A stretch of 40,280 bases of DNA from a virus. The translations under genes were made by a program, and so were the position numbers. The first letter of the stretch is position 1, and every line of letters starts with the position of its first letter. The notes beneath the pieces are model-generated. The model did no database searches, had not been told where the DNA came from, and was given only the letters and a program-made list of their open reading frames with translations. Of the stretch, positions 23,664-30,781 are shown in pieces. The stretch lies in the IMG/VR virus record IMGVR_UViG_3300013413_000001, positions 1-40,280 of that record; one strand, given 5' to 3'.

Positions 23664-24260
23664 TCATGGTTGCGGACTCCACCCCGGAACGTTCAGGCGA
23701 ATCAATGTTCGCGCACAGTCGCGCGCCACAGGCAGCGATTCATGAAGCATCGTGACGTTTCCGGCATATGCGTATCCGGCTAAGAGCCTCACCTCATCCA
23801 TGTCGGAAACATCGATGTGGCTGCAATCACCTCCGTCGGCAGGAAGGCCATTGAAATCACCTATCATCGCGCGACATGAAGACACGTCCGACGCAAGAAT
23901 GATGGCTTCTGGCCCCCAATTCATCGCGTGAACATGACGCGGACGATCTGGCGTAGGGACGTGTCCGTGGCCTGGAGGGCGACTCGGCATTCCGTGCGCA
24001 TAGACGCCTGGATTCCAATAGCCATCAATATGCAGCCCTGAACGGCGATGGTGATGTCCGGCGCGAACGATGCCCTGATCGACCATCATGTAGATTGGTT
24101 CATCCGTATCAATGCCATCAAGCATTGCATCAATGGTGGGTTGCCAGCGCCGTAAATCTGCGGGTAGTCCTTCATGCTTCCGAAACTCTCGCATATATAC
24201 CCGCTCACCTCGAAACTCAGGGAACGAAACCATTCCTCTCTTTTCAACGATGCTATGCAT
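23664..24260 (-). CDS. Hypothetical protein with an HxD...H signature (possible double-stranded beta-helix oxygenase-like fold)
   Basis: RRSGLHIDGYW is followed about 95 residues later by NVTMLHESLPVARDCAR. The His-rich segments suggest metal binding. The fold assignment is unverified. Confidence 0.3.
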   Translation of the reverse strand: MHSIVEKRGMVSFPEFRGERVYMREFRKHEGLPADLRRWQPTIDAMLDGIDTDEPIYMMVDQGIVRAGHHHRRSGLHIDGYWNPGVYAHGMPSRPPGHGHVPTPDRPRHVHAMNWGPEAIILASDVSSCRAMIGDFNGLPADGGDCSHIDVSDMDEVRLLAGYAYAGNVTMLHESLPVARDCARTLIRLNVPGWSPQP

Positions 24261-24315
24261 TTCTCTCTCCTACACACGTTAGGCTGTAAAGCCGATTTAC
24301 ACCGGATGTGGGGTG

Positions 24316-24537
24316 TTATGCCTTGCGGTTGACTGCGCCTTTGTACTGGCTACGGTACTGGCGCATCAGTTTGGATTCGTTGCTTTCCAGTTTGTCCTTG
24401 CGGCGGTCTTCGCCATTCCCGCTGTTGCGCATGGTGTGGCGCTTGTAGCCGCTGCCAGTCGCGCCCATTGCCTGCCACAGCATGTGGGACCAGCGCTGGG
24501 TGAAGGTCTGCTTGCCGAGGATGTCGGTGATACGCAT
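24316..24537 (-). CDS. Small basic hypothetical protein (73 aa)
   Basis: High third-position GC in this frame and the same strand as its neighbours. The overlapping + ORF is judged antisense noise. Confidence 0.5.
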   Translation of the reverse strand: MRITDILGKQTFTQRWSHMLWQAMGATGSGYKRHTMRNSGNGEDRRKDKLESNESKLMRQYRSQYKGAVNRKA

Positions 24538-24546
24538 TGATTTCTC

Positions 24547-24828
24547 CTAGTTCGTGATGGCCTCAATGGCCTGTTCAACGGTTTCCACTACTGCCACTTG
24601 GCCTCGCCAGTTGGCGTGCCATTTCTCCTGATCCTCGGTCAGCTTGCGGGCGCTGGGCGGCTTTGCCCCATCTTTCACTTCGAGCAAGCTCGTCATCCCG
24701 CGCCATCCAACGAGTAAATCCGGACAACCTTGACCTACCGCGTGCAGCGGCTGGACCGTGGCCCCGATCTTCCGGAGCGCGGCCACAATCTCAGCCTGGT
24801 TGTCATCGACCTTTGCCGCTCGCCTCAT
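24547..24828 (-). CDS. VRR-NUC / PD-(D/E)xK-type nuclease
   Basis: GCPDLLVGWRGMTSLLEVKDG...LTEDQEKW contains the D...EVK motif. The ATGA start overlaps the upstream stop. Confidence 0.6.
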   Translation of the reverse strand: MRRAAKVDDNQAEIVAALRKIGATVQPLHAVGQGCPDLLVGWRGMTSLLEVKDGAKPPSARKLTEDQEKWHANWRGQVAVVETVEQAIEAITN

Positions 24829-24992
24829 GCCAGCGCATCCCGCACCCGCAGCACGCCTTTCGCAGCCACGGTGAACACGAGCGCCACGCAGCCCACGGCC
24901 CAGCCCACCGCAGCGAATGCGCCAGCGAGCAGGCTGACCAGCGCGTACAGCAGCACGAAGCCGATGCCAGAGAGGATCGTGATGGTTTTCAT
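24825..24992 (-). CDS. Small membrane protein (55 aa)
   Basis: MKTITILSGIGFVLLYALVSLLAGAFAAVGWAVGCVALVF gives two hydrophobic segments. It has ATGA overlaps at both ends. Confidence 0.5.
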   Translation of the reverse strand: MKTITILSGIGFVLLYALVSLLAGAFAAVGWAVGCVALVFTVAAKGVLRVRDALA

Positions 24993-25180
24993 GCCTCGCT
25001 CCAAAGATCGCCCTTGTAATGCGCCACCACCCCGCCGATGTACGGCCCCTCGGCGTATCGGAAGCAGCGCCCATCCCATTGCACTTTCATCGTGTGCCCG
25101 AAGACATCGTTCAGCCGGTACTCGCCTACTGTCTCCGGATGCTCGGTGTAGGGGTGCCATGTACCCGTTTCTGCGGTCAT
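24989..25180 (-). CDS. Small hypothetical protein (63 aa)
   Basis: The ATG forms an ATGA overlap with the primase-helicase stop. Confidence 0.45.
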   Translation of the reverse strand: MTAETGTWHPYTEHPETVGEYRLNDVFGHTMKVQWDGRCFRYAEGPYIGGVVAHYKGDLWSEA

Positions 25181-26901
25181 GCTGGCTCCTTGCGCTTGGG
25201 CATCGATTGCGGATACCAACTCGGTTTCTCGTCCCGGTACTGGCCGGTGATCGGGTCATAGACGAGCTCGCAAAGCCCGACTTTTCCGTTTGCCTTCTTG
25301 CGGACCTTCTGCACGTGGACCTGTACGAACTTGGCTTCGTCGGTCACGTCACGGAACACGGTGATGCAGTTGTCCGCCTTGTTGCGCCAGTGGGCGGAGC
25401 CACTGACGTCGTAGGGGGTCGGGACCGGATACTTGCCGTCCTTGTCCTTGTAGAGCTTGGCCGGGTGAGCGACCAGCCAGACGTGAACCTGGCACTCTCG
25501 GGCAAACTTGCGGATGCGCGACAGGCACTGCGAGATGTGCTCCGTCTCGGAGATTTGCGCCACTCGGGAGTGGTCGATCTCATTCCACGGATCGATGACG
25601 AATCCCCGGATGCCGCGCTGCGACACCATTTCCTTGGCGATCTCGAGCAAGCCGTCCACAGTCGGGAACTCGGGCAGGATGAACGTGAAGTGGTCGTTCA
25701 GCCATGTAGTCGCCATGTCCACGTCAGCCGGCGTCATGCGTTCGGTCGGGCCAGCGTCAAACGGCTTGCCGGTGTACTTCTGCATGATCTTCTCGGCGTG
25801 GTAGCTCATCGGCTGGTTCTCGGGCGAGAAAATCCCGAACGTCCACCCTTGGTTCTTCGCCAGATTCACGCACAGGGCGTCCAGCCATTCCGACTTCCCG
25901 TGGCCTGGGATGCCGGTCACCAGCGTCCATTCCCCGGGCATCACCCGATAGAACGACTCGAGGCTGTGCCAACCAGGCGCCGTACCCTTGGGCATGCCAT
26001 GCCGGTAGTGGTCCCGGATTTCCTCGAGGAAGTCGACCACCCGGTAAGTCCCCTCGATCGGTAGGGGCTGCGCAGACTCGAGACATTCGGACAGAACATC
26101 GGCGCCATGGGTCAGAAGCACTTCGTTCGCGTCCTTACAGTCCTGCGGCCACGACACGACGAGGCACTTACCGCGGCCCAGCCGGCGCACCAGTTCTTCC
26201 TTGAGCCGCACGCCAGGCGCGTCGCTGTCGACGGCGATGATGTGGGTTTTCACCGTCTCGAGCACCGGATCAGCCAGGAAATCGAACTTGTTGGCGTAGC
26301 TCTTGGAGTCCGGGGCGGGTGCGCCGTCCGGGACCGATACGCAACTGGTATGCCCCGCCATCTCGATAGACAGCTTGTCGATCTCGCCCTCGACCCAGAT
26401 CAGGCATTCCGGCGAGATGTCGTTCACGCCGTACAGGATGCGCTCGGCGCCAGCCGCCATGCGAAAGAGCTTGTCCCGGGTCCGGTACTTGATGTTCACG
26501 ACCTCAGTGCCGCGGTAGTACGGAAACAGGATGCAACCCCGTTCTTCCTCGACCTGCGGGAAGTAGATGCTGCCCCGGGAGATGCGATTGCGCTGCAGCA
26601 CGTCCGCCGAGATGCCTCGAGTCTTGAACCACTCGACCACATCGTCTTCCGGCTTTTCCGCCTTGACCACGTATGCCGGCTTTGCGTAGGCCTTCACGAC
26701 CTCGGGGCGCTGCCATTCCCCGGCCTTCAGCGAGCCCGACCAGCCGCAATGCCAGCAGTTAAAAAGTCCGTCCGTCAGACTCACGTTCAGGCACGGATAG
26801 CGCGACTTCTTGCGCGAGCTCGAGCACTGCGGACACGTGGTCTTGTGCTCGCCGTGCGTGTGGTGGCCTACGTCGATTCGCAGATCAGCCCAGGTTTTCA
26901 C
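25177..26901 (-). CDS. Bifunctional primase-helicase (zinc finger + Toprim + DnaB/RecA-type helicase)
   Basis: It has CPQC...CWHC zinc-finger cysteines, a Toprim-like IWVEGEIDKLS...VDSDAPG and a Walker A GIPGHGKSEW. GTG start in a GTGA overlap. Confidence 0.8.
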   Translation of the reverse strand: MKTWADLRIDVGHHTHGEHKTTCPQCSSSRKKSRYPCLNVSLTDGLFNCWHCGWSGSLKAGEWQRPEVVKAYAKPAYVVKAEKPEDDVVEWFKTRGISADVLQRNRISRGSIYFPQVEEERGCILFPYYRGTEVVNIKYRTRDKLFRMAAGAERILYGVNDISPECLIWVEGEIDKLSIEMAGHTSCVSVPDGAPAPDSKSYANKFDFLADPVLETVKTHIIAVDSDAPGVRLKEELVRRLGRGKCLVVSWPQDCKDANEVLLTHGADVLSECLESAQPLPIEGTYRVVDFLEEIRDHYRHGMPKGTAPGWHSLESFYRVMPGEWTLVTGIPGHGKSEWLDALCVNLAKNQGWTFGIFSPENQPMSYHAEKIMQKYTGKPFDAGPTERMTPADVDMATTWLNDHFTFILPEFPTVDGLLEIAKEMVSQRGIRGFVIDPWNEIDHSRVAQISETEHISQCLSRIRKFARECQVHVWLVAHPAKLYKDKDGKYPVPTPYDVSGSAHWRNKADNCITVFRDVTDEAKFVQVHVQKVRKKANGKVGLCELVYDPITGQYRDEKPSWYPQSMPKRKEPA

Positions 26902-27605
26902 AGTGCCAGCCTCGCTTTTTCTGGCGCCATCGCAGCCTCGATGTACGCCTTGGGTTCGATCTTCGGATTCGCCGCCAGATAGCCGATGACCTCTGACAGC
27001 TTCGTTTCGTTGCCTCGAGCATGCTTGCCGAGGAAAGAGCGCGCCGATTGCTCTGGGGTCCCCGCTTGCATCAACAGCCCCAACCCAACCGAGAAAATCA
27101 TCGCCTTCGGGGTGGTGAAATCTCCCGGTGCCGCGACTGCGGCTTCTGAACGTAGTGAAGAAGTAGTATTGGGATTGGGATTGGGATTGGGAGCTTTTGA
27201 GTTGGTTATTTCTGGGTTTCCACTTGCTAACCCAGAAATAACCGGGTGGGTTTCTTCTGGGTTAGCTGTGGGTTCTTTCTTGGTTTTAGGGCGTCCACCT
27301 TTTTTCCCGTTTGCTCGAGCGCGATCGGCCGCTTCGTTCGCCTTCACGATCTCTTCATCGCATCGTTTGTGGCGCCAACCGTCCGAAGCAAGGGCGAAAA
27401 ATTCCTTAACTACCTGCTCCACCGCCTTGCACTCTTCCTTCGAGCGAGCCACAACCAGGCGACAGACAGCCGCGAGATCTGCAGGAAGCGGCGCCTCACG
27501 GGTGTAATACAGGTCCAGCAGAAGACGGTACGCACCGTGCTCGAGCATCGTCAGATGCCGTGTGGCACTGTTGTAGTCTCCGATGTGGTGCGGGTAATAG
27601 TTCAT
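26898..27605 (-). CDS. DUF1376 (YdaU)-like replication-associated protein
   Basis: The N-terminus MNYYPHHIGDYNSATRHLTMLEHGAYRLLLDLYY is characteristic of the family. It has a basic linker with a (PN)4 repeat. Confidence 0.7.
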   Translation of the reverse strand: MNYYPHHIGDYNSATRHLTMLEHGAYRLLLDLYYTREAPLPADLAAVCRLVVARSKEECKAVEQVVKEFFALASDGWRHKRCDEEIVKANEAADRARANGKKGGRPKTKKEPTANPEETHPVISGLASGNPEITNSKAPNPNPNPNTTSSLRSEAAVAAPGDFTTPKAMIFSVGLGLLMQAGTPEQSARSFLGKHARGNETKLSEVIGYLAANPKIEPKAYIEAAMAPEKARLAL

Positions 27606-27778
27606 TCAGCCTTGCCTTCTGCGGTCACTTCCTTGGCGCAGTCTTTGATCCACTGGCAAAGAAGATCGGCCTGCTCCGGCGTGATGCGGATGACGTTGAG
27701 AGAACCCTCAGTGCGTTCTTGGCTGATGGAAATCACCCCTTCTTCCAAATACGCAACTTCAATGTCGAACATCCTCAT
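27602..27778 (-). CDS. Small hypothetical protein (58 aa)
   Basis: Hand-translated as MRMFDIEVAYLEEGVISISQERTEG...AEGKAE. The stop overlaps the next gene's start. It is absent from the ORF track because of the length cut-off. Confidence 0.45.
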   Translation of the reverse strand: MRMFDIEVAYLEEGVISISQERTEGSLNVIRITPEQADLLCQWIKDCAKEVTAEGKAE

Positions 27779-27781
27779 TTG

Positions 27782-27940
27782 CTACCCCTGCCGCTTAATC
27801 AATGCCGCCTTCATCGCCGCCGCCCATTTGCTGACACGCTTTGCTGTCGTGCCATCAGAGGCCATCTTTCTCGCCGTCCGGTGCGCCTCCGCAAAACTGC
27901 GCTGCGCGGGATCAAACTGCTTTGGTTCGTTTGGTTTCAT
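27782..27940 (-). CDS. Small basic hypothetical protein (52 aa)
   Basis: Internal ATG (MKPNEPKQ) in an ATGA overlap with the cII-like stop. Confidence 0.4.
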   Translation of the reverse strand: MKPNEPKQFDPAQRSFAEAHRTARKMASDGTTAKRVSKWAAAMKAALIKRQG

Positions 27941-28287
27941 GCGGCCCTCAGGGCTATCACTTCTTCCATTACCGTCAACTTGGCCTGATGCATCAGCCAT
28001 TGCTGCACGCCCCAGTTACCTGTCACCGCAGCCCAAGCGCTCAACTTCTCGGCCGGCAGACTGCGGCGAGTCGGCTTGTCATCCGCCGCCAGGTAATCCG
28101 ACATATGCGACGCGTAACACTCGGTAAGTTCGGCCAGCGTTCGTTGCGTCATGCCCTTGATCCGGCGATGCATCCACGACGCGCGGACTGCTTCGCGATA
28201 CGTACTGCAGGCTGCGATCACCTCTGCCGGAAGGAACGCCGGCGCATTCACCACCCCACCAAATAACCTCAGCTCATCCATGGCCAT
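27937..28287 (-). CDS. cII-like HTH regulator
   Basis: HTH-like MTQRTLAELTECYASHMSDYL, and it is the second gene of the leftward early operon after cro. Confidence 0.4.
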   Translation of the reverse strand: MAMDELRLFGGVVNAPAFLPAEVIAACSTYREAVRASWMHRRIKGMTQRTLAELTECYASHMSDYLAADDKPTRRSLPAEKLSAWAAVTGNWGVQQWLMHQAKLTVMEEVIALRAA

Positions 28288-28403
28288 CTCTCCAGAAGCT
28301 CCCCGTTAGCCAGAATTCATCGCGTACCTGCTTGAATTACCTGTTGGCCGCGACTTTTAATAAAAGCGCCGCTAAGGACGCCTTTGGAAAACTGATGACC
28401 GGC

Positions 28404-28670
28404 TTACTTCTTCGTCTTCTTTCTGCTCGACGTGCCGACTGGCGGCTGAACGTCATCGCTGGCGTCCTGGCTAAACTTGATTTCCTTCAGGAACAGGCCG
28501 GGATGTGCGATCTTTACGGATGGCGGGATACCCCTTTCCTTCCAGTTCTGGACCCGCTGGACGCCGCCATGGCGCACGTCATAGCCAAGGAGGAGCGCCA
28601 CTTTCGTGGGGCCTCCGAGGCCAATGACCAGCTGCCAGTCAGGGTGGATGGGAGTTCGTTTCGCGTTCAT
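28404..28670 (-). CDS. cro: Cro / YdaS-type HTH repressor
   Basis: GGPTKVALLLGYDV...VQRVQNWKERGIPP. It is divergent from cI across the operator region. Start at the internal ATG 28670. Confidence 0.65.
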   Translation of the reverse strand: MNAKRTPIHPDWQLVIGLGGPTKVALLLGYDVRHGGVQRVQNWKERGIPPSVKIAHPGLFLKEIKFSQDASDDVQPPVGTSSRKKTKK

Positions 28671-28676
28671 GCGTAT

Positions 28677-28705
28677 ATTAAACATGACGTTTAACGGAAA
28701 GTCAA
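28677..28705 (-). promoter_or_regulatory. Leftward early promoter (PR-like): TTGACT-17 nt-TTTAAT
   Basis: Read on the minus strand. The -10 element ends 6 nt before the cro ATG, which predicts a leaderless or near-leaderless mRNA. Confidence 0.55.
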
Positions 28706-28718
28706 ACACCGCGTTTAT
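28678..28718. promoter_or_regulatory. Two 17-bp operators (TTAAACATGACGTTTAA and TCAAACACCGCGTTTAT), AAAC-N5-GTTT type
   Basis: The palindromic half-sites have centres 24 bp apart. They overlap the -10 and -35 elements of the leftward promoter. Confidence 0.6.
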
Positions 28719-28752
28719 CAACGAAACGTTTACTCGTGAGAACATCCGCGGC

Positions 28753-29490
28753 ATGCACGAAACCATGGTTCGCCTCTACGAGGCCGCGAAGAAACTAAAG
28801 GGACTTGAGACGCCGACGGAGGTGGCTCGGGCGCTGAATCAATCCCAGCAAACGGTCAACAACTGGGAGAGGAGGGGTATTTCCCAAGCGGGGATGTTGA
28901 AAGCACAAGCTTTGCTGGGGTGTAGCGCTACATATCTCCAAACAGGAGAGCCTCCGATGGAGGCTGTCAATCCCAAATCTGGTGCATATCAGATTGAAAC
29001 CAAACTTACTGAGAAGTCTGAAGCGCCTCCTTACAATGTGTCTCGGCTGCCAGACCCAAACACTCCGGTGGGCAGCTCTCCCGCGCGGCGTGTGTATGTC
29101 GTGGGACGGGCCAATGGCGGCCTACCTGAGCGAGTTTGGACGGATGGCGGGTATCTTGTGGGCGCAACAGAAGAATTTGCAGTACTGGCGACGGATGACC
29201 CGTATGCCTTTCTTACCCCGGTCATTGGTACATCCATGGTACCGGTCTACAACCCCGGGGATTTTGCGTTTGTCGAGCCAGGCACAGAGGTTGATCTCGG
29301 TGATGATGTCTTGGTCAGACTGAACACCGGGGAGACGCTCCTAAAGCGGCTGCTTGTCAGGCGACCAGACGGCATGCAACTTGGCTCATATGGAGAGCCC
29401 GGCACGCTCTACTTCAAGCCAGATGAGATCACATGGATGTACTACGTGGCCCACCCAGTCAGGCGCAAGAAGATCAAAACGCGGTTCTAA
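28753..29490 (+). CDS. cI: CI-type repressor (N-terminal HTH + S24 LexA-like peptidase domain)
   Basis: HTH PTEVARALNQSQQTVNNWERRG, with a C-terminal VIGTSMVPVYNPGD (Ser) and LLKRL (Lys). The start may be 28753 or 28765. Confidence 0.85.
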   Translation: MHETMVRLYEAAKKLKGLETPTEVARALNQSQQTVNNWERRGISQAGMLKAQALLGCSATYLQTGEPPMEAVNPKSGAYQIETKLTEKSEAPPYNVSRLPDPNTPVGSSPARRVYVVGRANGGLPERVWTDGGYLVGATEEFAVLATDDPYAFLTPVIGTSMVPVYNPGDFAFVEPGTEVDLGDDVLVRLNTGETLLKRLLVRRPDGMQLGSYGEPGTLYFKPDEITWMYYVAHPVRRKKIKTRF

Positions 29491-29501
29491 TCCGCCCCCG
29501 T

Positions 29502-29531
29502 AGCCCACCCTTCGCGGTGGGCTTTTTCTTG
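29502..29531 (+). terminator. Rho-independent terminator after cI
   Basis: AGCCCACC-CTTCGC-GGTGGGCT followed by TTTTTCTTG. Confidence 0.7.
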
Positions 29532-29585
29532 TATGTGCCTTGTATGTAACTGATCGCTAACACTTCGTTACCCTTTGCAACGATT

Positions 29586-29610
29586 GCCGCCCATGAGGCG
29601 GTTTTTTGTT
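29586..29610 (+). terminator. Second plus-strand rho-independent terminator
   Basis: GCCGCC-CATGA-GGCGG followed by TTTTTTGTTG. Confidence 0.55.
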
Positions 29611-29652
29611 GTCAAGAAACTACACACCATGTTTCATCTTTTTCTCCCTTCG

Positions 29653-29693
29653 CTAAACATAGCGTTTGACACGTTTATAAACATGGTGTTTAA
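29653..29693. promoter_or_regulatory. Two 17-bp operators (CTAAACATAGCGTTTGA and ATAAACATGGTGTTTAA) of the same AAAC-N5-GTTT type
   Basis: Same motif and same 24-bp centre spacing as at 28678-28718. They overlap the -35 and -10 elements of the rightward promoter. Confidence 0.6.
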
Positions 29694-29694
29694 T
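29666..29694 (+). promoter_or_regulatory. Rightward early promoter (PL-like): TTGACA-17 nt-TTTAAT
   Basis: Consensus -35 hexamer, 17-nt spacer and a near-consensus -10 hexamer, lying 35 nt upstream of the ATG at 29729. Confidence 0.6.
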
Positions 29695-29728
29695 AAGATC
29701 CATCAACCCGCACCGATGGAGCAGAGAG

Positions 29729-30778
29729 ATGCAAGAGCACGACAAGAGCGCAGAAACGATCGTCAGTTACAAGGGCTTCAAATCCGACTGGACTTGCCGC
29801 GGCTTCCAGTACGCATTGGGCGAGTCCTACGAACACAAGGGCGAAGTCGCTGCGTGCGAAGGCGGCTTCCACGCCTGCGAAGATCCGCTGCACGTTCTGC
29901 GCTACTACTCGCCGGCCAAGTCGCGTTACGCCGTTGTCGAGCAATCGGGTGCGCTGAGCCGCCACGAGGAAGACTCGAAGGTAGCCAGCTCGCGTATCAA
30001 CATCAAGGCCGAGATTGATCTCGTTGGCCTGATCAAGGCTGGCATCAAGTGGCGCATCGATCGTTGCACGCCGGTCGAAGACAAGACCTCGCATCTGGAT
30101 AACGCAGCAGTGACAGCCAAGGGTCGGAACGAATCGGCGGCGTCATCGGGCGACTCCGGCGCTGCCACTGCATCGGGCAACTACGGCGCTGCCACTGCAT
30201 CGGGCGACTACGGCGCTGCCACTGCATCGGGCGACTCCGGCGCTGCCACTGCATCGGGCGACTCCGGCGCTGCCACCGCATCGGGCTACTCCGGCGCTGC
30301 CACTGCATCGGGCGACTCCGGCGCTGCCACTGCATCGGGCAACTACGGCGCTGCCACTGCATCGGGCGACTCCGGCGCTGCCACTGCATCGGGCGACTCC
30401 GGCGCTGCCACTGCATCGGGCAACTACGGCGCTGCCACTGCATCGGGCGACTCCGGCGCTGCCACCGCATCGGGCTACTCCGGCGCTGCCACCGCATCGG
30501 GCAACTCCGGCGCTGCCACTGCATCGGGCTACTCCGGCGCTGCCACTGCATCGGGCTACTCCGGCGCTGCCACTGCATCGGGCTACTACGGCGCTGCCAT
30601 GTCGAGCGGCCGCAACGGCAAATCCCAGGGTAAGAAAGGTTGCGCGCTGTTCCTCGTCTACCGCGACGCGAACTGGAAGATTGTCCACGCCAAGGCGGCA
30701 ATCGTCGGTCAGAGCGGCATCAAGGCAGATACGTTCTATCGCCTGAATGCCGATGGCGAGTTTGTTGAAGTGGAGTAA
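29729..30778 (+). CDS. Tandem-repeat protein: Cys/His-containing N-domain, 17 x 9-aa SG(D/N/Y)(S/Y)GAATA repeats, beta-rich C-domain
   Basis: ATG with a GGAG SD. The N-terminus reads KGFKSDWTCRGFQY...CEGGFHACEDPLHVLRYY. The repeat block was read directly. This is the first ORF behind the operator-controlled promoter. Confidence 0.8.
   Translation: MQEHDKSAETIVSYKGFKSDWTCRGFQYALGESYEHKGEVAACEGGFHACEDPLHVLRYYSPAKSRYAVVEQSGALSRHEEDSKVASSRINIKAEIDLVGLIKAGIKWRIDRCTPVEDKTSHLDNAAVTAKGRNESAASSGDSGAATASGNYGAATASGDYGAATASGDSGAATASGDSGAATASGYSGAATASGDSGAATASGNYGAATASGDSGAATASGDSGAATASGNYGAATASGDSGAATASGYSGAATASGNSGAATASGYSGAATASGYSGAATASGYYGAAMSSGRNGKSQGKKGCALFLVYRDANWKIVHAKAAIVGQSGIKADTFYRLNADGEFVEVE
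30146..30604 (+). repeat. 17 head-to-tail copies of a 27-bp unit TCGGGC-NAC-TMC-GGCGCTGCCACYGCA (last copy degenerate)
   Basis: Counted by hand and in frame with the CDS. Units differ only at nt 7 (G/A/T), nt 11 (C/A) and nt 24 (T/C, synonymous). Confidence 0.9.
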
Positions 30779-30781
30779 GCC

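Noticed and set aside
24730-26982. Large + strand ORFs (444 and 291 aa) opposite the primase-helicase
   Set aside because: Same reasoning. The minus strand has zinc-finger, Toprim and Walker motifs, and the + products are Arg/Pro-rich noise.
28332-28694. 120-aa + strand ORF opposite cro
   Set aside because: It is antisense to a clear Cro/YdaS-type HTH gene. It would run through the operator region, and it has no SD or motif.
30146-30604. Possible CRISPR array
   Set aside because: The 27-bp units are directly abutting with no spacers. They lie in frame inside a CDS, and no cas genes or leader are present.
29729-30778. Diversity-generating retroelement target (variation at NAC codons)
   Set aside because: No reverse transcriptase ORF and no separate template-repeat copy exist anywhere in the 40-kb genome. 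The variation is between tandem units, not between a VR/TR pair.
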